From Sphingobacteriaceae bacterium (GTDB taxonomy: Bacteria; Bacteroidota; Bacteroidia; Sphingobacteriales; Sphingobacteriaceae): 64,000 nucleotides of DNA. Under the pieces are notes generated by a model, which saw nothing but the letters and a program-made list of their open reading frames with translations, was not told the DNA's origin and did not search any database. The stretch covers positions 1,478 to 65,477 of the forward strand of contig JBJTNQ010000046.1 of assembly GCA_046074105.1 (NCBI GenBank). The letters run 5' to 3'. This document shows positions 56,279-64,000 of the stretch, one piece after another. Within the stretch, counting starts at the first letter, position 1, and every line of letters starts with the position of its first letter. The position numbers were made by a program, and so were the translations under genes.

Positions 56279-57112
56279 TTTATTCAGCTCCTGATTTAAA
56301 AATCGGGATACTTTATTAAAGTAACGCTTGCCATTATACCCTAATACCCACTGAATACCCTTGGCAGCGTTGCTTACAAAAATCTCCTCGGCCTCATCTA
56401 AAATTGCCGGATTAATTTGTGCTTCAATTAATTTTAAACCCGATTTTTTAATCAAACTAATCAGCACATGGCGCATTACGCCGGCTATACAGCCTTCCTG
56501 CAAAGCAGGCGTATAAATTTGGCCATCATATACCACAAAAACATTACTGGTTAAGCCTTCGCATAAAAAACCATCTTGGTTTAACACCAGAACTTCATCT
56601 AGTTTATGTTGGTTCTTAAAAACTCCGGCTAAAACATAAACTAAAGCATTACAGGTTTTAAAACCAGACAAAGCCCCTGCAGGTTTAGCAACCTCAGTAA
56701 ATACGTCAATCAGCAGGCCCTTACTATTAAACTCGTACTGGTTGCCATGCATGGCCGTAGTTTCTAGTACAAATCCCATTCGGTTATTGCTAGGACTATA
56801 TAAACCCTCAGCATCCCGATAAACGGTTAATCGGGCTCGAGTATCAGGTCCCAACTTATTTCTACGGCTTAGTTCTTCTACCTTTTGCTGTAAAAAAGCG
56901 GCATTTATTTGCGTATAGCCATCAATCTTCAAGGCCTTCATTCCCCGTTGAATACGGTCGGCGTGCAGTTCGGCAAACTTAAGCTTCCCGTTCATCATAC
57001 GCATAGATTCAAACAGCCCATCACCATACCTAAAGCCACGATTAGCTACCGTAAACACCGGTAAATCGGCGGGAACAATCTCATGATTTATATTGATAAA
57101 CTGCCTGGTCAT
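56273..57112 (-). CDS. class IV aminotransferase family protein (aminodeoxychorismate lyase-like)
   Basis: 279 aa. RGFRYGDGLFE, E....N.F, fold-type IV pattern. Confidence 0.8.
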   Translation of the reverse strand: MTRQFININHEIVPADLPVFTVANRGFRYGDGLFESMRMMNGKLKFAELHADRIQRGMKALKIDGYTQINAAFLQQKVEELSRRNKLGPDTRARLTVYRDAEGLYSPSNNRMGFVLETTAMHGNQYEFNSKGLLIDVFTEVAKPAGALSGFKTCNALVYVLAGVFKNQHKLDEVLVLNQDGFLCEGLTSNVFVVYDGQIYTPALQEGCIAGVMRHVLISLIKKSGLKLIEAQINPAILDEAEEIFVSNAAKGIQWVLGYNGKRYFNKVSRFLNQELNKL

Positions 57113-58153
57113 TTAATTCGCATCTGGATGATGATTTACATAATTGCGCCACTTCTCTAAAACACCAGCGAAATCTGCGGGCAATTCAGCTTCGAAATGC
57201 ATATATTTTTTGGTAGTGGGATGTATAAAACCCAAAGTTTGTGCATGCAGGGCCTGCCGTGAAATAATTTCGAAGCAGTTGGCCACAAATTGTTTGTATT
57301 TATTGTGTACGGTTCCTTTCAATATACGGTCTCCACCATAAATACTATCGTTAAACAGCGGATGGCCTATATATTTCATATGGGCCCTAATTTGGTGGGT
57401 ACGGCCGGTCTCCAGTTGGCATTCAATGAGGGTAACATAGCCAAATCTTTCTAAAACCTTATAATGAGTAACCGCCCACTTACCTTTTTCTTCATCGTCG
57501 TAAACATCCATCACCCTGCGGTCTTTTAAACTGCGACCAATATATCCGGTAACGGTACCCTCTTCAGCCAGATCGCCCCAAACTAAGGCCTGGTATTTAC
57601 GGGTAATGCTATGATCAAAAAACTGACGTGCTAAATAAGTGATAGAACGCTCGTTCTTACTGATGAGTAATAAGCCGGAAGTATCTTTATCAATCCGGTG
57701 AACTAAACCTGGCCGGCCTTCGTTGCCAGGTAATTGCGGCAATTGCTGCACATGATATACCAGGGCATTTACCAGCGTACCAGTATAATTATTGAAGCCC
57801 GGATGAACCACCATACCTGCCTCTTTGTTTACTAGAATAACATCATCATCTTCATAAACAATATTTAATGGAATGTTTTCGGGATAAACCTCGGTGTCTC
57901 TCGGCGGATGTGGCAAAACCACGGTAATTATATCCAGCGGTTTTACCTTGTAACTGGCTTTTATTGGTTTTTCATTTACCAATACATTATCAGCCTCTAT
58001 GGCATTCTGAATACGGTTGCGGGAAGCGTTTTCGACCCGGCTCATCAGAAATTTATCAATTCTGAGTAAAGATTGCCCCTTATCTACCACAATACGCAAG
58101 TGTTCGTATAAATCTTGCTCTTCTTGCTCTATCAATTCGGGGGTTTGAGTCAT
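57113..58153 (-). CDS. rluD: RluA-family 23S rRNA pseudouridine synthase (RluD-like)
   Basis: S4 domain plus HRIDKDTSGLL catalytic motif. ATG 58153 is preferred to the TTG at 58159. Confidence 0.9.
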   Translation of the reverse strand: MTQTPELIEQEEQDLYEHLRIVVDKGQSLLRIDKFLMSRVENASRNRIQNAIEADNVLVNEKPIKASYKVKPLDIITVVLPHPPRDTEVYPENIPLNIVYEDDDVILVNKEAGMVVHPGFNNYTGTLVNALVYHVQQLPQLPGNEGRPGLVHRIDKDTSGLLLISKNERSITYLARQFFDHSITRKYQALVWGDLAEEGTVTGYIGRSLKDRRVMDVYDDEEKGKWAVTHYKVLERFGYVTLIECQLETGRTHQIRAHMKYIGHPLFNDSIYGGDRILKGTVHNKYKQFVANCFEIISRQALHAQTLGFIHPTTKKYMHFEAELPADFAGVLEKWRNYVNHHPDAN

Positions 58154-58306
58154 TTTCAAAATTAAATCTATTTATCTACACAGCAAGAATAAATCATACC
58201 AAATAACATTTGTATTCGTTAAATTATTAAATTTGATATAACTACTATTAGTTATAAAGGATAACTTAGAATTATTTTCAGTATTCAACTCAAAAACCAA
58301 TTAGCT

Positions 58307-59353
58307 ATGAAAAAGTCCCATTCCATTGCCAGAAAAGTTACATTTAGCGTTTTATGCATGCTATTAAGCTTTAATACATTTGCTCAAGATGAGATTTCCG
58401 AATTATTTAAATCAAGTCAGGCCGATGCCGGTAAACTCATCGAAGCTTATTTAAATCCATTTTTTAAAGGAATGGGCAATGGCCTCAACTCCGGGTGGAA
58501 TAATACCGGTTCGCCAAAAAAGCTGGGCCGTTTTGAACTGAGATTTGGCTTAACAGGATCTATGATACCCGATAAAGACAAAACCTTCGATGTAACCCAA
58601 ATTGGCCTGTCGAATAACTTAAAACCCACTAATCCGGCACTAAAAATTAGTCAAACGGTAGGTGGCGAAGAAGTAGATGGACCTAGTATGGATATTTTAG
58701 ATAATAACCAGAATAAAGTAGGCGAATTTACCATGCCTCAAGGAGCTAAATTGCCCTTTGTACCAACGCCACAATTACAAGCCACAATAGGTTTAATTAA
58801 GGGAATAGATTTAACGGTGCGCACCGTTCCTAACATAAAATTAGGACAAGATGCCGGCTCTGTTGGCATGTTTGGTGCTGGAGTAAAAATTGATTTAATA
58901 CAATTTATTGCGGGGAAAAAAGTAGATAAAATTTTACCATTTGACCTGGCCGCCGCCATGGGATTCACCAATTTAAACTATAAGCTTCCGCTAGAAGTAA
59001 AAGATGCAAATAATAATGTACCCGATCCTGATCAGCAATTAGAAGCTAAATTTTCAGGGTTTAACATGGAGGCCATTATTTCTAAAAAACTCTTGTTCTT
59101 TACCCCATTTTTAAGCGTGGGTTATCAAAGTGCTAAATCTAATGTCGATCTAAAGGGGACCTATCCGTTCCAAACAGCCGCCGGAACCGTACAATTAACA
59201 GACCCAATTGCTATATCACAAAAAAGCATTAGCGGCTTACGAACTAATTTGGGTTTCCAAATGAATTTGGCATTTTTGAGACTATACGGATCTTATAGTA
59301 TAGGTGCATACAAAGCTTTCAATGCCGGTATAGGTTTAGGAATTGGCAAATAA
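58307..59353 (+). CDS. predicted outer-membrane beta-barrel protein (DUF6588-like)
   Basis: 348 aa. Signal peptide, alternating beta-strand pattern, C-terminal aromatic-rich end. Confidence 0.6.
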   Translation: MKKSHSIARKVTFSVLCMLLSFNTFAQDEISELFKSSQADAGKLIEAYLNPFFKGMGNGLNSGWNNTGSPKKLGRFELRFGLTGSMIPDKDKTFDVTQIGLSNNLKPTNPALKISQTVGGEEVDGPSMDILDNNQNKVGEFTMPQGAKLPFVPTPQLQATIGLIKGIDLTVRTVPNIKLGQDAGSVGMFGAGVKIDLIQFIAGKKVDKILPFDLAAAMGFTNLNYKLPLEVKDANNNVPDPDQQLEAKFSGFNMEAIISKKLLFFTPFLSVGYQSAKSNVDLKGTYPFQTAAGTVQLTDPIAISQKSISGLRTNLGFQMNLAFLRLYGSYSIGAYKAFNAGIGLGIGK

Positions 59354-59376
59354 ACTCAGTATAAACCATTATAACA

Positions 59377-59399
59377 AAAGCCTCCATTTGGGGGCTTTT
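59377..59399 (+). terminator. rho-independent terminator
   Basis: AAAAGCCTCC-ATTT-GGGGGCTTTT. Confidence 0.6.
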
Positions 59400-59401
59400 G
59401 C

Positions 59402-59409
59402 TATTTTTG
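59402..59409 (+). promoter_or_regulatory. candidate -7 box TATTTTTG, 5 nt upstream of the ATG at 59415
   Basis: Matches TAnnTTTG and lies directly after the terminator. Confidence 0.4.
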
Positions 59410-59414
59410 AACCA

Positions 59415-60353
59415 ATGGTATTTCAAATCCCCAGCCCCATTCAGCAAATAAACGACCCGCTATTTGTGCAAAAGGGACTTTCTGTTTTTGTAAAGCGAGA
59501 CGATCTGATACATCCTCAGATATCGGGAAATAAATGGCGTAAACTAAAATACAGTATTCAAAAAGCCGAACTCGAAAACAAGACGCACCTGGTTACTTTC
59601 GGGGGCGCTTTTTCCAATCATTTATTAGCCACAGCTGCTGCAGCAATGCATTTAGGATTAAAATGCACCGGAATTGTACGCGGAGAACCAGTAGAAAATG
59701 AAACCCTGATCCAATGCCGGGCAATGGGTATGAATTTAATATTTATAGATCGGGAAACCTACCGGGATAAAAGCGGCTATTTTGAACATCATTTCCAAAA
59801 CGACAACCAAGCTTACTTTATTAACGAAGGAGGCGCTTCTGCCGAGGCGGTTTGGGGATGCGAAGAACTCATTACGGAGCTACCGGAAACCTTCGATCAC
59901 CTTTTTTGTTCGGCCGGAACAGGAACTACCGCAGCCGGTATTTTTTCAGGAATAAAAAAACAAAACCTAAAAACCAGACTGCATGTAATTCCGGCACTAA
60001 AAGATGGAGGGTTTCTACGAGAGGAGATAGCGGTTTATACTACTGTTAATGAACAATTAACGTTTCATCTCAATTATCATTTTGGAGGTTATGCTAAAAG
60101 TAATCGGGCCCTTTTACAATTCATCGTTAATTTTTATTTAAATAACCAAATTCTATTAGATCCGGTGTATACCGGCAAGCTGGTATTTGGGCTTTATGAT
60201 TTAATTAAAAATGATCAATTCGAAAAGGGTGCTAAAATTCTATGGATACACACCGGAGGCTTGCTGGGCTTACTGGGTATGCAGCAAAAATTCGAAGAAA
60301 TTTCACCCGGCTTTGGGCAGATTTTTGAGCATTTAAAGAAAAATAATTTTTAA
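59415..60353 (+). CDS. PLP-dependent ACC deaminase / D-cysteine desulfhydrase family protein
   Basis: ATG 59415, downstream of the terminator. KRDDL.HP..SGNKWRKLKY (PLP Lys), GGA.SNH. Confidence 0.85.
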   Translation: MVFQIPSPIQQINDPLFVQKGLSVFVKRDDLIHPQISGNKWRKLKYSIQKAELENKTHLVTFGGAFSNHLLATAAAAMHLGLKCTGIVRGEPVENETLIQCRAMGMNLIFIDRETYRDKSGYFEHHFQNDNQAYFINEGGASAEAVWGCEELITELPETFDHLFCSAGTGTTAAGIFSGIKKQNLKTRLHVIPALKDGGFLREEIAVYTTVNEQLTFHLNYHFGGYAKSNRALLQFIVNFYLNNQILLDPVYTGKLVFGLYDLIKNDQFEKGAKILWIHTGGLLGLLGMQQKFEEISPGFGQIFEHLKKNNF

Positions 60354-60468
60354 CATCCGGCACTTTCTCCACGCTTCATATCCGAAAAATAGGTTTAAAC
60401 GTTTTAAAGCTATTTTTTAAGAAAAAATCTAAAAACTTACCAAAATTGCCATTCTAGGCACATTTATC

Positions 60469-60476
60469 TAAATTTG
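60469..60476 (+). promoter_or_regulatory. candidate -7 box TAAATTTG for the lysine transaminase gene
   Basis: Overlaps the track TTG start at 60474, which favours the ATG at 60498. Confidence 0.35.
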
Positions 60477-60497
60477 AGTATACCAGAAAAACCAATT

Positions 60498-61829
60498 ATG
60501 TATAAATTATCTATCTCGCCAAACCAAGTTCAGGAAACATTAAGTAAACACATTTTAGCTGATGGTTTCGACCTGATCTTCGATATGGAGAAAAGTCAGG
60601 GTGTACATATATACGATACGAAGAACGATCGTACCCTGTTGGATTTCTTTACTTGTTTTGCTTCCGTTCCTTTGGGTTACAACCACCCCAAAATGATAAA
60701 CGACGAGGAGTTTAAAAAGAATTTGATGCTGGCTGCATTAACCAACCCCTCTAATTCAGATATTTATACCACCCAGTATGCCCAATTTGTAGACACCTTT
60801 TCTAAAGTGGGTATTCCTCATTACCTTCCGCATGCTTTTTTTATTGCCGGCGGATCTCTTGCGATAGAGAATGCCTTAAAAACAGCCATGGACTGGAAAG
60901 TACAAAAGAACTTCCAAAAAGGTTATCAAGAAGAAAAAGGATTTAAAGTACTTCATTTCGAACAGGCATTTCATGGCCGCTCCGGTTATACCTTAAGTTT
61001 AACCAATACCCTGCCTGAAAAAACCAAATGGTTTGCCAAGTTCGATTGGCCAAGAGTATCTATTCCCAAAATTAAATTCCCTGTTACAGATAAAAATTTA
61101 GCAGAGCTGAAAGATCGTGAGGCCTCATCTATTGCTCAAATTAAAAAGGCATTTTCTGATTTTAAAGACGACATCTGTGCCATAATTATTGAACCTGTTC
61201 AGTCTGAAGGAGGCGATAACCATGTTCGCCAAGAGTTTTTAGAACAATTGCGTGTTTTAGCTGACGAAAACGAATGTTTGCTCATTTATGACGAAGTACA
61301 AACCGGGGTTGGATTAAGTGGTAAATTCTGGTGCCACGAACATTTTGGCGAAAAAGCACGTCCTGATATTTTGGCCTTTGGCAAAAAGATGCAGATATGC
61401 GGCATTTTGGCTGGAAAAAAGGTTGATGAAATAGAGCACAATGTGTTTAAGGTTTCTTCTCGTATTAATTCTACCTGGGGCGGCAACCTGGTAGATATGG
61501 TTAGAGCCAGCAAGATCCTGGAGATTATTAAAGAAGATCAACTGGTTGAGAAAGCCGCCGCTACTGGAGCCTATTTACAGGAAAAGCTGCTGAATATTTC
61601 TGAAAAGTTCTCAATAATATCTAACGTGAGAGGGAGAGGTTTACTCACCGCTTTCGATTTTCCCGACAAAGCCAACCGCGATCAATTCATTAAAAAGGGA
61701 TTAGAAAAGAATGTGATGTTTTTAGGCTGTGGCCATCAAACCATCCGCTTCCGTCCCGCATTGATCATGGAGAAAAATCACATTGATGCCGGTTTAGAGG
61801 TTATGGAGCAGATTTTGCCGGCTTTATAA
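60498..61829 (+). CDS. L-lysine 6-transaminase (class III aminotransferase)
   Basis: MYKLSI.. start. H.LADGF....D...S.G....D, DEVQTG.G.SG, FGKK (PLP Lys). Confidence 0.85.
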   Translation: MYKLSISPNQVQETLSKHILADGFDLIFDMEKSQGVHIYDTKNDRTLLDFFTCFASVPLGYNHPKMINDEEFKKNLMLAALTNPSNSDIYTTQYAQFVDTFSKVGIPHYLPHAFFIAGGSLAIENALKTAMDWKVQKNFQKGYQEEKGFKVLHFEQAFHGRSGYTLSLTNTLPEKTKWFAKFDWPRVSIPKIKFPVTDKNLAELKDREASSIAQIKKAFSDFKDDICAIIIEPVQSEGGDNHVRQEFLEQLRVLADENECLLIYDEVQTGVGLSGKFWCHEHFGEKARPDILAFGKKMQICGILAGKKVDEIEHNVFKVSSRINSTWGGNLVDMVRASKILEIIKEDQLVEKAAATGAYLQEKLLNISEKFSIISNVRGRGLLTAFDFPDKANRDQFIKKGLEKNVMFLGCGHQTIRFRPALIMEKNHIDAGLEVMEQILPAL

Positions 61830-61838
61830 TGGAATAAA

Positions 61839-61903
61839 GTCATCCTGAGCTTGTCTAAGGACCTGGTATACAAATTATTATCTTTCTACGAGCTCAAGAT
61901 GAC
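61839..61903. repeat. hairpin-forming copy of the dispersed element (GTCATCCTGAGCTTGTCTAAGGA ... GAGCTCAAGATGAC)
   Basis: 13-nt arms with one mismatch (a G-U wobble on the - strand transcript) and a 37-nt spacer. Lies between convergent genes. Confidence 0.7.
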
Positions 61904-61916
61904 GTGAATGCTATGC

Positions 61917-62633
61917 TTATTTCAGCTCAAACAAACTACTCACGCCCAACAATTTCTTAGAAGTAAAGCCTTCGGCATAAGTAGTATGAATAGATTTTCC
62001 GAATGCCCTGGCCCTGGCCTCTACCCCTTTCAAAAATTCGGGCGAAGAAATATAGGTTTCAGGTTCACCAGAATCGGGATTAAAGAACTGCGTTTTAAAA
62101 GCCAGAATAGCTTTTACTTTCTGATCCCAAAATGGAGTGATATCAATAATAACATCGGGTTTAATATAACGGTCTTGAATATAATTGAGCAGTAAGCGTG
62201 GACGCCAGGCTTGCTGAACCTCTTTGTTATGCCGTGTTTCTATTTTGGGCAAGCCCGATAAAAAAGTAGCATCATTCAACAACTCTGCTGCACGGCCATG
62301 ATCAGGGTGGCGATCTTCCAAAGCATTACACAAAACAATTTCCGGCTGGTATTTTCGGATCATCTCAATAATTTGCAGTTGATGTTTTTCATCATTCTGA
62401 AAAAAACCATCTTTCATCCCTAAATTTTCCCGCACCTGAATGCCTAATATTTTAGAGGCTTCTGCAGCTTCCTGATCGCGAGTTTCAGCCGTACCACGGG
62501 TACCCAGCTCGCCCCGAGTAAGATCTACAATTCCAACTTTTTTACCTTCGGCAACATACTTTAAAATGGTTCCAGAACAGCCTAATTCGGCATCATCAGG
62601 ATGGGCTGCAAAAATAAGTAGATCTAGTTTCAT
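61917..62633 (-). CDS. bshB1: bacillithiol biosynthesis deacetylase BshB1 (PIG-L/LmbE family)
   Basis: 238 aa. AHPDDAELGCSGT, HPDH motifs. Confidence 0.88.
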   Translation of the reverse strand: MKLDLLIFAAHPDDAELGCSGTILKYVAEGKKVGIVDLTRGELGTRGTAETRDQEAAEASKILGIQVRENLGMKDGFFQNDEKHQLQIIEMIRKYQPEIVLCNALEDRHPDHGRAAELLNDATFLSGLPKIETRHNKEVQQAWRPRLLLNYIQDRYIKPDVIIDITPFWDQKVKAILAFKTQFFNPDSGEPETYISSPEFLKGVEARARAFGKSIHTTYAEGFTSKKLLGVSSLFELK

Positions 62634-62704
62634 GCTTTATCGCAGTTTATCTGTTTTCGGGATTAAAATCAATTGGGCAAAATTACATAAAATGCCCATA
62701 AGAC

Positions 62705-63331
62705 TTACAGTGCAGAAGCACTATAATATTTGTAATAAGGCGAAGACTGAATGATGGCTTCTATATCACGATCTTCCTGCGGATCGTATTTGTTTCTAAG
62801 ATTATTACCAAAAACCCGGGCCACCGACTGATATAAGAAAGCCGTTAAACCACCTTTCATCTCTTTTAAAATATCGTAGCTGCTATTACCCGTTTCGCGG
62901 TCAATCAGTTTAATCAATATACCGCCTTGAGTAATGGTTAACTCCTTTATTTCTCGGTTAAACATGTCCTTAACCTCCTTATCAAAGGCTCTGGCCAGTA
63001 TGCGTTCCTCCTTTTTACTTTTAGCCGCATTCAGATCCCGCTGTAATTGTGCATATCGGTTGCGGGCATACATGGCATAGGGCAAAACCTTTAATACATT
63101 ATACCTTAAACGGTTAAACGCAGCACGCTGTTCTGCAGATTGATAAATTCGGGTATCTATAATCGGAACTTCGGGCAATGACAACCAGGGTATCAATTCG
63201 CCATCAACCATGGTTAAGGCAACCCTAATGGTATCGTTTTTACCTTTAACCGTAGGGTCATACTTATCCTGTCCCTTAGCAAAAAAGGGCAAAAGGGCAC
63301 AGCATAATAGTATAAGCCTGAAAAATTTCAT
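62705..63331 (-). CDS. DUF4294 domain protein
   Basis: 208 aa. Signal peptide. ..LTITQGGILIKLIDRETGNSSYDILKE.. conserved block. Confidence 0.75.
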   Translation of the reverse strand: MKFFRLILLCCALLPFFAKGQDKYDPTVKGKNDTIRVALTMVDGELIPWLSLPEVPIIDTRIYQSAEQRAAFNRLRYNVLKVLPYAMYARNRYAQLQRDLNAAKSKKEERILARAFDKEVKDMFNREIKELTITQGGILIKLIDRETGNSSYDILKEMKGGLTAFLYQSVARVFGNNLRNKYDPQEDRDIEAIIQSSPYYKYYSASAL

Positions 63332-63445
63332 AAATTTAACACCACAAAGTTACTGCAAATTTTAAAAAGTGTAACATCTTCTCAAATTCTATAACAACCA
63401 AATTTAAAATAAAACGTTTGCATCAGTAAAGCTATTGTACGGAGT

Positions 63446-64000
63446 ATGAAGGAATTAGTAATTGACTTAGAAGCAGAAAAGGCAGAAATACTGAAAAGAT
63501 ATCGTGCTTTGCTAAGAGCTTGTAAGCCTACACTCCAAAAAGGCGATAAGAAGATGATTAGGCAGGCATTTGACATGGCCTTAGAAAGCCATCGGGATAT
63601 GCGTCGTAAATCGGGCGAACCCTACATTTATCATCCAATTGCCGTAGCCCAGATTGCCGCCCAGGAAATTGGACTGGGAACCACCTCCATCGTTTGCGCC
63701 CTTTTACATGATGTAGTGGAAGATACCGACATCACCTTAGAAGATATTGAACAGGCTTTTGGCAAAAAAGTAGCCAAAATTATAGATGGCCTAACTAAAA
63801 TTTCGGGTGTTTTCGATTACAACAGCTCTTTACAGGCAGAGAATTTCCGTAAAATGCTGCTTACACTGGCAGATGATGTAAGGGTAATTCTAATAAAGCT
63901 GGCCGACCGCTTGCACAACATGCGGACGATGGATTATATGCCGCAGGAAAAACAGCTTAAAATATCATCAGAAACCATTTATTTATACGCCCCCCTGGCC
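63446..64000 (+). CDS. relA: bifunctional (p)ppGpp synthetase/hydrolase RelA/SpoT homologue; N-terminal fragment (3' end outside window)
   Basis: ATG 63446, open to the window end (185 codons). HD hydrolase domain: RKSGEPYIYHPIAVA..LLHDVVEDT..KLADRLHNMRT. Confidence 0.9.
   Translation, partial: MKELVIDLEAEKAEILKRYRALLRACKPTLQKGDKKMIRQAFDMALESHRDMRRKSGEPYIYHPIAVAQIAAQEIGLGTTSIVCALLHDVVEDTDITLEDIEQAFGKKVAKIIDGLTKISGVFDYNSSLQAENFRKMLLTLADDVRVILIKLADRLHNMRTMDYMPQEKQLKISSETIYLYAPLA

Noticed and set aside
57725-57750. AATTGCGGCAATTGCTGC duplication inside rluD as another repeat-family member.
   Set aside because: It has only two 9-nt units and encodes the ordinary QQLPQLPG segment. It fits neither the 7-nt nor the 8-nt family, so it is probably chance.
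1-64000. Prophage, integrative element or transposon content.
   Set aside because: No integrase, transposase, recombinase, phage structural gene or long terminal repeats were seen. The two tRNAs show no adjacent att-like duplications.

Overview
This 64-kb window is about 40% GC and densely coding. I count about 70 CDS and 2 tRNAs, with no rRNA, CRISPR, transposase or integrase. Gene content and signals point to a Bacteroidota chromosome, probably Sphingobacteriia-like: a T9SS C-terminal sorting domain, DUF1573/DUF5103/DUF4294/DUF6588 families, a long NusB, bacillithiol BshB1, TAnnTTTG -7 promoter boxes and almost no Shine-Dalgarno sites. Most genes are housekeeping, including fbaA, accD, ychF, nusB, yajC, coaE, glmM, pyrD, valS, holA, mazG, fmt, rluD, relA/spoT, two ABC-F ATPases, NDH-2, an M13 peptidase and a patatin/Omp85 pair. 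Accessory-looking parts are an AT-rich higB-higA-DUF1398 operon and a 1512-aa secreted M4-like protein followed by a 118-aa protein that is only a signal peptide plus a T9SS sorting domain. I did not find a clear-cut new multi-gene defence or biosynthetic system. The most unusual things I can see directly are listed here. (1) A dispersed family of degenerate heptanucleotide tandem repeats (CCTNCAA)n occurs in intergenic regions and also in frame inside valS (twice) and fmt. (2) The giant protein carries one intact and one catalytically dead thermolysin-like module in tandem, next to the cargo-less T9SS CTD protein, and a 15-17 bp perfect inverted repeat abuts its start codon. (3) Several -7 boxes lie 3-7 nt from the ATG, implying leaderless mRNAs; the two ABC-F paralogues share an identical 13-mer there, and four translation-related genes have a CGC(C/T) discriminator-like extension. 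(4) There are several other short repeat or hairpin families and a 91-nt duplication of a gene's 3' end. All functional interpretations are hypotheses. Family names come from my recognition of the translated ORFs, not from database searches.
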